Below, in pieces: positions 38,207 through 45,239 of a stretch of DNA of 64,000 bases. A model generated the notes under the pieces. That model was not told the origin of the DNA. It did not search any database and was given only the letters and a program-made list of their open reading frames with translations. Each line of letters begins with the position of its first letter. Position 1 is the first letter of the stretch. The translations under genes were made by a program, and so were the position numbers. This stretch comes from Myxococcales bacterium (GTDB taxonomy: Bacteria > Myxococcota_A > Polyangia > Polyangiales > JAFGIB01): NCBI GenBank assembly GCA_029880325.1, contig JAOUOP010000018.1, positions 58,055 through 122,054 on the forward strand. Direction: 5' to 3'.

Positions 38207-39031
38207 ATGCCCCACTTCCAAGCCCTGCGCGGCAGCGTCGCGCTCTATCTCTGCCTCCACGCCAGCGCCTGTGTCGACATCCCGCCAGAAACCCTCGAAC
38301 CGCTGGCGGAGTTGACGCGCGACGCCTCGATCTCGGTCAATCTCTCCATCGACGCCGGGGCCATGCGCCCGGCCGACGGCGATCCCTACACGGGGCCCGA
38401 GTGCGAGCCAGCGCCCACCCCCTCCGACGACGCCGCCGAAGGCGAAGGCGCCGCCGGAAACGACATGAGCCACGCCGATTCCGCGGGTGCCATGGACGCC
38501 GGCGCCGCGACGGGCGCCGAACCGGCTCCGCGCCCCTCGGCGCCCGGCCACCTGCTGATCACCGAGCTGATGCCGAATCCGGCGGCCGTGGCCGACACCG
38601 CTGGCGAGTGGATCGAGCTCTACAACCCGGGCGCAGAGGCCCTCGACGTGGCCGGCTGCCTGCTCGACGACGGTGGTAGCACCCGACGTCCACTGCCGGC
38701 CGGCACCACCATCGACGCCGGCGCCCACTTCCTGCTGGCGCGCTCGGAGCAATGCCCGGTGCCCCCCGATCTGGTCATCAGCTTCTCCCTGGGCAACAGC
38801 GCCGACCGCGTCGCGATTTTCTGCGACGGCATCGAGATCGACGCCGTGGCCTACGGCGAGGGCTTTCCGCTGAGCCCGGGCGTGAGCATGTCGCTCGATC
38901 CCGACGCCTACGACGCCGTGGACAACGACTTCGGCCAGGCCTACTGCCCCGGGCGCTTCGCCTACGCCATCGACCTGGGCACGCCCGGCGAACCCAACCC
39001 CAGCTGCGATACAGACGCCGACGCCGGTTGA
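38207..39031 (+). CDS. Lamin tail domain (LTD) lipoprotein
   Basis: The ATG at 38207 is preceded by AAGGAGAA. Signal plus lipobox ..VALYLCLHASAC. ..HLLITELMPNPAAVADTAGEWIELYNPG.. is the LTD signature. Confidence 0.8.
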   Translation: MPHFQALRGSVALYLCLHASACVDIPPETLEPLAELTRDASISVNLSIDAGAMRPADGDPYTGPECEPAPTPSDDAAEGEGAAGNDMSHADSAGAMDAGAATGAEPAPRPSAPGHLLITELMPNPAAVADTAGEWIELYNPGAEALDVAGCLLDDGGSTRRPLPAGTTIDAGAHFLLARSEQCPVPPDLVISFSLGNSADRVAIFCDGIEIDAVAYGEGFPLSPGVSMSLDPDAYDAVDNDFGQAYCPGRFAYAIDLGTPGEPNPSCDTDADAG

Positions 39032-39116
39032 ACGCGGCGGCGCTTTGCGGCCCGAGCCGAGCATGGCACATTGGGCGGGCGCGCTTCGGACATCAGCTCC
39101 CGAAGCGCCCCCGTCC

Positions 39117-39392
39117 ATGTCGCGCGCAGACAACGATAACGACGGCAGCGCCGGCTCCCGACCACCCGCAAGCGACACCGTGGGACGCTACGATCGCATC
39201 CCCGATGTGCGCGACGGCCTGACACGCATCGAGCGCGTGATCCTGTGGACCCTGGACCGCGCGCAAAAAGAGCGGGGCGGTCGCTACGTACCCACGGCCA
39301 TGCTCTACGGCCGCGTCGTCGAACACGTGAACATCAGCGTCGACGAATTCCAAAAGACGCTGGCACGGCTGACCGGTCGCGGCGGACTTTGA
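39117..39392 (+). CDS. Small ORF with a type IIA topoisomerase A-subunit (GyrA/ParC) N-terminal winged-helix-like signature. It is probably a truncated or interrupted gene.
   Basis: ..RIPDVRDGLTRIERVILWTLDRAQKERGGRYVPTAMLYGRVVEH.. resembles GyrA ..[33 protein letters not shown].. Its TGA stop (39390-39392) is the first three bases of repeat copy A. The start is uncertain (39045 or 39117). Confidence 0.45.
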   Translation: MSRADNDNDGSAGSRPPASDTVGRYDRIPDVRDGLTRIERVILWTLDRAQKERGGRYVPTAMLYGRVVEHVNISVDEFQKTLARLTGRGGL

Positions 39393-39448
39393 ATTAATCC
39401 GCCACCATCACCCACCGTCCGCCCCAGCCCCACGATCCCGCCGCCTTA
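39390..39448 (+). repeat. Repeat family copy A (59 bp, right-hand part only)
   Basis: tgaattaatccgccaccatcacccaccgtccgccccagccccacgatcccgccgcctta is identical to 49504-49562. It has 2 mismatches to 45181-45239. Confidence 0.9.
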
Positions 39449-39449
39449 G

Positions 39450-41545
39450 GGCTCGACCCTGTGGGCCGTGCAGGGGCCGGCCGACACCGGCAAGACCACC
39501 CTGATCCTGCATCTGGCTGCGAGCACATGCTCGAGCAGCTCGACGCCCTGGTCGACAAGGGCGAGATGGGCGATCGCCTGCTGCTGGTCGCCAGCACCAA
39601 CAACCGCGCCGTCGACAGTGTGGTCGAGCCCCTCGACCACACTGTCGACGGCCTGCCCATGGCCCTGCGTAGCGGCAGTCGCCAGGTCTGCCAGAAGGTC
39701 ACCACCGCCCAGCTGCGCAAGGCGCTGGCATGGCTGGCCCGCTCTCGACCCCGCGATCAGGCCGCCCGGACGCAGGCCAGCGAGCACTACGACCAGGCCG
39801 TGGACCGCTATCGCCGCCTGCGCGAGCAACTGATGCAGCAGGAACGACCGCGTGCGAAGGCCATGGAGGCGCGCCGGGCTGCCACCGTCGCCAAGACCCA
39901 GCTCGAGCGCTTCGACGCGGAGCTGCGCGTGCGAAAGCTGGACCCCGAGGCACCGTTGCCGGTCGAGAAGAAAGCCGACCTCGCCCGCCTGACATCGCTG
40001 CTGCTCGATCTGGATCGGCTCGAGGACATGGCCGGTCGCAATCCATCGAAGTCGGCCCTGCGCCGCCTCGAAAAAGCCCACCGAAGGTTTCTGACCGAGC
40101 ACGGGTCGGCGCTTCAGAGTTTGCGCGCGGCCGCTTCGGAAGGCGCGCCTTGGCCGCTGCCGCCCGTGTGCGACGACCGCGGTCAACCGGGAGCTTGCCT
40201 CAAGGCCTGGGAAGAGGCGATCGAGGTGGCCCTCGACCAGGCCGACGCCCTGCGCAGCGAGGTCGGCGAGCGGCTCGAGGTGCGGGAGCTACTGAAAGAA
40301 CGCCGCCGTTTGCACCACCGGGTCGAGGCGTGCCCCGACGAGGGCGAAGTGACGCCGCCGAGCGACGCGCTCGATCCCCTGCGCGTCGAGCTGCTGCAAA
40401 GCGGCCTCGAGCTGCGCGAACGCTGGGCCACGCTCCACGCCGAGTCGCTGTCGCAGGCGCTCGAGCTTGCCCTGGAGTGCGTCCAGAGCGAGCGCTCCAT
40501 GCGCACGCTCTTCCGTGCCGAGGCCGAAGCCGGGCGCTGGCTGCGTCAGCTCTGTGGCGTCTGGGGCTCGACGCTTTTGTCCATGGCCAACGCCGTGGTC
40601 GCCGAGTCACGTCACATCGAGCGCGTGGTCATCGACGAGGCCGGCCAGTGCCATCCGGCCCACGCCATCTCGGCGCTTCTGCGCGCACGCTCACCCCTGA
40701 TCATCGGCGATGTCCACCAGCTCGAGCCGGTCATCGAGCTGACCGCTTCCGACGAGCGCCGCGTGCGCCTGCAGGCGGGCCTGCGCCTGAGCGACCAAGA
40801 GCTCGCGCCCTACCGCGTGGGCTCCGAGAGCTCGAACTCCGTGCAGTCCCTGGCCTACCGCGCCTGCGGTGGCCCCCTGCGTTTGACCGACCACTTTCGC
40901 TGTCAGCCGTCGATCATCGCCATCTGCGATTCCATCTGCAACTACGGGTTGAAAGTTCACACGCCGCCCCAAAGCCGCGCGCGCGAGGCTCCCTTTTTGC
41001 ACTCACCGGTGCTCTTCGTGGACGTCGACGGGCGCCAGCAGCGGCTGGGGGGAAGCTGGACCAATCCCGCCGAACTCGAGCTTTGCATGCAGTGGCTGCA
41101 GGCGATCGTCGACGCCGGCGTCTCGGTCGACGACGTGGCCATCATCACGCCCTATCGCGGGCAGATCGAGCAGCTGCAGCGCGCCGTGGCCCGCCGCGGC
41201 ATCCGCATCGCCCGCGGCCTGGCCTTCGACCCCGTGGCCGACGAGCAGGTAAGCCTCTTTGGCGTCGAGCCCGAGCCGGCGGGCTTGACCCTGGGCACGG
41301 AGCATCGCTTTCAAGGCGGTGAGCGCAGCGTCGTGCTCTTCAGCAGTGTCGTCACCGATCCGCGCTCGCTCGGTTTCTTGAATGACCGCGTCAACCTGCT
41401 CAACGTCACCGTTTCCCGCACCCGCGAGCACCTGATCACGCTGGGGCACCGCCCGACGCTGGCCACGGGCCGCTACACCCGGCGCCTTCTGGGGTCGCCG
41501 GGGGCGCTCGAGCCGGCGTTCCCTGCGCTGCGGGGCGCTGGCTGA
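39450..41545 (+). pseudogene. SF1 (DNA2/NAM7-like, AAA_11/AAA_12) helicase, disrupted. It has an in-frame stop-bounded insert at its 5' side and a 1-nt frameshift after the Walker A motif.
   Basis: Walker A ..LWAVQGPADTGKTTLILHLAA lies in the frame of ORF 39468. The sequence continues in the frame of ORF 39461 as ..HMLEQLDALVDKGEMGDRLLLVASTNNRAVDSV.. Later motifs are VVIDEAGQC, IIGDVHQLEPV, DHFRCQPSI, ITPYRGQ, TEHRFQGGERSVV and VTVSRTREHL. Confidence 0.7.
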
Positions 41546-41681
41546 GCCGTCGCCAGGGCAGGTCGGGCCCTCGACTTTCAACGCTGCTTCCAACGGTCTT
41601 CCACACGGTCGGGGCCCAGGCTCATGACTGAGCGACGGCGCGCTGCCGCTCGCACCTTCCTCCCCGAAAGGAGAACCAGCC

Positions 41682-42098
41682 ATGAGCCTGAACGTGGACC
41701 TTTTGCAGAGCAGCTTCGACCTCGTGATGGAGCGGGAGCCCGAGCTCACCATTCGTTTCTACGAGCACCTGTTCGCCCGCCACCACGAGGTCGAGCCGCT
41801 CTTTTCCAGAAACAGCCGAGCCCAGCAGGCGCTGATGCTCGCGCGTGCGCTCGGCGCCGTCGTCGAGCACCTCGAAGATGCCAGCTGGCTCGAGCAGACC
41901 CTGAGCGTCATGGGCGCCCGCCACGTGGGCTACGGCGTGACCGAGGCGATGTACGACTGGGTCGGCGAGGCGCTGCTCGAGACGCTCGCGGAGGTGGCCG
42001 GCGATGCCTGGAGCGACGAACTGGCCGCGGCCTGGTCAGAGGCCTATGGCGCCATCGCCGGGTTGATGAAAGCCGGCGCCCAGCAAGCGGCGGCTTGA
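41682..42098 (+). CDS. Single-domain globin
   Basis: ..LLQSSFDLVMEREPELTIRFYEHLFARHHEVEPLFS.. and ..LSVMGARHVGYGVTEAMYDWVGEALLETL.. show the globin fold pattern with the proximal His context. AAAGGAGAA precedes the ATG. Confidence 0.8.
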   Translation: MSLNVDLLQSSFDLVMEREPELTIRFYEHLFARHHEVEPLFSRNSRAQQALMLARALGAVVEHLEDASWLEQTLSVMGARHVGYGVTEAMYDWVGEALLETLAEVAGDAWSDELAAAWSEAYGAIAGLMKAGAQQAAA

Positions 42099-42104
42099 GC
42101 GCCC

Positions 42105-42512
42105 TCAGCGAATGTCGTCGTCGTCGCCCAACTGACCGTTGGCACCGGCGGAGACCACGGTGGCTTCGCTTTCGTCGCACTCGATGTGGAAGGCGTTGCC
42201 CCAGGGGTCGACCGAGTTGGTGCGCCGCGAGAGGATGTCTTCCTTGACGAGCGTCTCGACGCTGGGGCACTCACTCCCGAACTCCAGCTGGTAGGCGGTG
42301 ACCGCCTGGCCAATGGTTCTGGCGTCGATGCGGGCCTGACGTACGCGGGCCCGCACCAGCGAGGGCATGATGGCAAAGCCGGCAGCCACCGCCACCATGG
42401 CCATGATCACCATCACGATCATGATCTCGATCAGCGTCATTCCCTGTTGCCTGCGCCGTCTGCGCTGTCTGCGCAGCCGTGCAGCGCGCAGGGTGATGTT
42501 GTTCTTTTGCAT
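42105..42512 (-). CDS. GspG-like type II secretion major pseudopilin (prepilin-type N-terminal cleavage/methylation domain), orphan
   Basis: The ATG at 42512 follows AAGGAGAG. The leader is MQKNNITLRAARLRRQRRRRRQQG, then MTLIEIMIVMVIMAMVAVAA with Glu at +5. ..DPWGNAFHIE..SAGANGQLGDDDDI matches the GspG C-terminal pattern. Confidence 0.8.
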   Translation of the reverse strand: MQKNNITLRAARLRRQRRRRRQQGMTLIEIMIVMVIMAMVAVAAGFAIMPSLVRARVRQARIDARTIGQAVTAYQLEFGSECPSVETLVKEDILSRRTNSVDPWGNAFHIECDESEATVVSAGANGQLGDDDDIR

Positions 42513-42810
42513 GGACTCTCCTTGGTCATCGCGCCGGAACGAAGTGCGTCCGGTCGCGTCGCCAAAGGTCCTTGCAGGGTGCGTGCCAGTGCTGTAGCGC
42601 AGTAAATCGCTACGTTGCCTTGCCGACCGCGGGCGTTCGCGCGTCACAATGCCCCGGTGCGTGCGCGTGCGCTTGCCAAAGCGTCGCAAGCGCCCCAGGG
42701 CGGGAAGTCCAGGCGCCGGGAGCGAGGCAGGAAAAAACGTCCTGGCAGCATTCGCTTCCGCATGGGCCATCCAGGTCGCACGCGCGGCGTCCAAGGGTTT
42801 GGACGGCTGT

Positions 42811-43365
42811 TCAGCGTCGGTCGGTGCGCTGTGGGAAGCGGGGAGCGCCTGCTTCGAGTTCCACCTGCGAGCCGTTTGCCAGGTAGGACACGGCGCGGTA
42901 CTGGCCCGCCAGCGCGAGTAGCTCGATGAGCTGCGCCTCGTCGAAGAACCGTCGCAAGCGCTGCCAAAGGGCGTCGTCCACCTGGGCGCTTGTGTGCAGC
43001 GCGTCGGCCAGCTCCACCACGAGCGCCTCTCGACCGTGCCAGTCGTCGGCGTTGCTGAGCACCGTGGCTGTGACTTCCTGCTCGGAAAGTTCCGCGGCTT
43101 CGGCGAAGAACGCCACGTGCACACCCCACTCGTACTCCGCGCGGCAAAGCGCTGTGGTTCGCAGGATCATGAGCTCGCGGGTCCTGAGGTCGATGCTGCC
43201 AGGGTCGAGCAGTCCGCCGCGGCGCAAACGCCCAAGCACGCGGGGGTTTTTCGCGACCGTCCGGAACAGTCCGATCGGTTCCATGCCGGGCGGCATCAAT
43301 TTTGCCAGGTCTTGCGCGACCTCGGACTCGTAGGGGGGGCGTGCGGGTTCGATTCGGGCTGCCAT
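42811..43365 (-). CDS. Carboxymuconolactone decarboxylase (AhpD-like) family protein
   Basis: ..LFRTVAKNPRVL.. and ..RELMILRTTALCRAEYEWGVHV.. The start is MAARIEP at 43365. Divergent from an HxlR regulator. Confidence 0.8.
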   Translation of the reverse strand: MAARIEPARPPYESEVAQDLAKLMPPGMEPIGLFRTVAKNPRVLGRLRRGGLLDPGSIDLRTRELMILRTTALCRAEYEWGVHVAFFAEAAELSEQEVTATVLSNADDWHGREALVVELADALHTSAQVDDALWQRLRRFFDEAQLIELLALAGQYRAVSYLANGSQVELEAGAPRFPQRTDRR

Positions 43366-43405
43366 GTTCGTCGCCTTTCGCGGTCGCTGTTTTGCCAAGG
43401 AATGT

Positions 43406-43453
43406 GCTACTGTTTTCGTAGCAACCCGATGGTAGCGCTACGGTTTTAGTAGC
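43406..43453. promoter_or_regulatory. Two GCTAC-N7-GTAGC inverted repeats, candidate HxlR operators
   Basis: GCTAC(43406-10) tgttttc GTAGC(43418-22) and GCTAC(43437-41) ggtttta GTAGC(43449-53), 31 bp apart. The central GTAGCGCTAC (43432-41) is a perfect palindrome. They lie in the 110-bp CMD/HxlR divergent intergenic region. Confidence 0.5.
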
Positions 43454-43457
43454 GCAA

Positions 43458-43772
43458 GTGCAAGCGGAGGTTCGGATGGCTCCTGTTGCCAAGCGACCGA
43501 TCATGGAACTGCTCGACCTTCTCGGGCGGCGTTGGACACTGCGCGTGCTATGGGAACTCAGGGGCGAGTCGCTGACGTTCCGCGGACTTCAGTCTGCCTG
43601 CGACGAGATCTCGCCCAGCGTTCTCAACGCGCGGCTGTCGGAGCTGCGGGAGGCAGGGCTTGTGGAAGCGATGGAGGCAGGCTACCGGCTGAGCCCGATG
43701 GGGCGACAGCTCGGTGAGCTATTGCTTCCTCTCGATGCCTGGGCCAAACGCTGGGTCAAACGTCGGGCTTGA
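43458..43772 (+). CDS. HxlR-family transcriptional regulator
   Basis: ..LDLLGRRWTLRVLWELRGESLTFRGLQSACDEISPSVLNARLSELREAGLV.. The likely real start is the ATG at 43476, preceded by GGAGG. Confidence 0.9.
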   Translation: MQAEVRMAPVAKRPIMELLDLLGRRWTLRVLWELRGESLTFRGLQSACDEISPSVLNARLSELREAGLVEAMEAGYRLSPMGRQLGELLLPLDAWAKRWVKRRA

Positions 43773-43922
43773 AGCGCGGCCGGGCGCGGTGCAATCCCGC
43801 GACCGTTCGCATCCGCGTGTTGCACCGGCTGTCGAAGTCGATGGCTCGAAGCGCGCCGGGCGGCAAGGTCATCGCGGTCCGGTGTGGGGTCTTTGGTTGC
43901 CGCTGGAACTCCGCTATGCTCG

Positions 43923-44120
43923 ATGGTCATGCGGGGACTCAGCTGGGCCGGGTGGCTTTTCGTTGTTGTGATTGCGTGTGGGGACGACGCCAGCAGCGCG
44001 GGTGCGGGCTCCGACATGGATGCTTCGCTCGACGCGGAGGCAACGGCACCGGGGCGCTCCGCCGAGGGGCAGAGCTGCGGCGGGGTGAGCAGTAGCTTCG
44101 GGATCACCTGTTGCATCTGA
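43923..44120 (+). CDS. Possible small lipoprotein
   Basis: MVMRGLSWAGWLFVVVIACGDD (lipobox VIAC), ending ..GITCCI. It is short and I recognise no homology, so the call is weak. Confidence 0.35.
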   Translation: MVMRGLSWAGWLFVVVIACGDDASSAGAGSDMDASLDAEATAPGRSAEGQSCGGVSSSFGITCCI

Positions 44121-44196
44121 GCGGGTGGTTGGCGGTCAGGCAGGGCGTCACCGGGACCGTTGTGCACGGGCTCTGCGGAAGTGCGCCCCGCAGCCG

Positions 44197-44805
44197 CTAT
44201 CGCGCGAGCCCTTCGAGGGCGATTTCGCCCGACGCGATGCGCTGCAGGGTCTCGACCAGGAAGGCGTGCTCCCGCGCTTGCACGCGTGCGGTGAGGGTCT
44301 CGACCGTGTCGGTTTTTTCCACTGGCACGGGCGTTTGGGCGAGCACTGCGCCGTGGTCGTAGATCTCATCGATCAGGTGCACGCTGATGCCGGTTTCGGT
44401 CTCGCCGGCCTCGAGTACGGCGCGGTGCACGTGCTGTCCGTACATGCCCTGGCCGCCGAACTTCGGCAGCAGCGCGGGATGGGTGTTGAGGATGCGACCG
44501 CGGTAGGCGGCGACCGTGCGTGGGCCCAGTAGCTTCATGTAGCCAAGCAGCAGCAGCACCTGGACCTGGCGGTCCTGCAGCGCTTCGAGGATGGCCTCGT
44601 CGCGGACGCGGTCGTCGGCGAAGCGCGGGCCTCCGATGTGTTGGCACGGGACGCCGTGCTCGCGAGCGAAGGCCAGGACGCCGCTCTTTTTGTTGTTGCT
44701 GATGATGAGGCCGATGCGGGCGTCGAGACGGCCGTCACGGCAGGCCTGGGCGACGGCCCGGGTGTTGCTGCCTTGATGGGAGGCGAGGATCCCGAACGTG
44801 AGCAT
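44197..44805 (-). CDS. purN: Phosphoribosylglycinamide formyltransferase
   Basis: ..GILASHQGSN.., ..LLLGYMKLL.., ..ILNTHPALLPKFGGQGMYG..VH.., ..GISVHLIDEIYDHG.. Confidence 0.9.
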   Translation of the reverse strand: MLTFGILASHQGSNTRAVAQACRDGRLDARIGLIISNNKKSGVLAFAREHGVPCQHIGGPRFADDRVRDEAILEALQDRQVQVLLLLGYMKLLGPRTVAAYRGRILNTHPALLPKFGGQGMYGQHVHRAVLEAGETETGISVHLIDEIYDHGAVLAQTPVPVEKTDTVETLTARVQAREHAFLVETLQRIASGEIALEGLAR

Positions 44806-44862
44806 GGCGAATGTGGTGCACCATGCCGTGGTGCTTCGGCAAGTGGCTTTCCGATCTCGAGC

Positions 44863-45075
44863 CTACAACGGTGTGCAGTCGCTGGGCGGCACGTTGAACC
44901 AGCGTTCGAGCACGGTGCGCGCCTGGATCGGCATCGCCATGTTCTGGGGCATTTCGCCGAGCAACATGCGCTGGCGGGCCACCCACCACATGGGTTGTCC
45001 CGTGGCGTACCACAAGGAGGGCTGGAGAAAGTCGGAGGTCAGGGTGAGCCGCGGGGCGTCGATGGCGGGAAAGTC
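44863..45075 (-). pseudogene. C-terminal fragment (about 70 codons) of an unidentified gene, 5'-truncated at repeat copy B
   Basis: ..DDFPAIDAPRLTLTSDFLQPSLWYATGQPMWWVARQRMLLGEMPQNMAMPIQARTVLERWFNVPP.. has coding-like GC3. The only in-frame start lies inside the repeat, and the same MTGPIDPLLMLPTD artefact occurs at copy C. Confidence 0.45.
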
Positions 45076-45239
45076 GTCCGTAGGTAGCATTAGAAGGGGG
45101 TCAATTGGGCCAGTCACCGCACCGGGGAGGAGTTGACATAAGAGACACTACTGCGAAGTACGACAGCAATGAATTAATCCGCCACCATCACCGACCGTCC
45201 GCCCCAGCCCCACGATCCCGCCACCTTACAGCACGGCGG
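45076..45239 (+). repeat. Repeat family copy B (164 bp)
   Basis: gtccgtaggtagcattagaagggggtcaattgggccagtcaccgcac..ccttacagcacggcgg. It has 6 mismatches to copy C by hand alignment. Confidence 0.9.

Noticed and set aside
42594-42613. GTAGCGC..GCTAC inverted repeat upstream of the orphan gspG as a further HxlR operator linking it to the 43406-43453 sites
   Set aside because: The half-site order and spacing differ from the GCTAC-N7-GTAGC sites. A rough composition estimate suggests the heptamer GTAGCGC should occur several times by chance in 64 kb, so the support is too weak.
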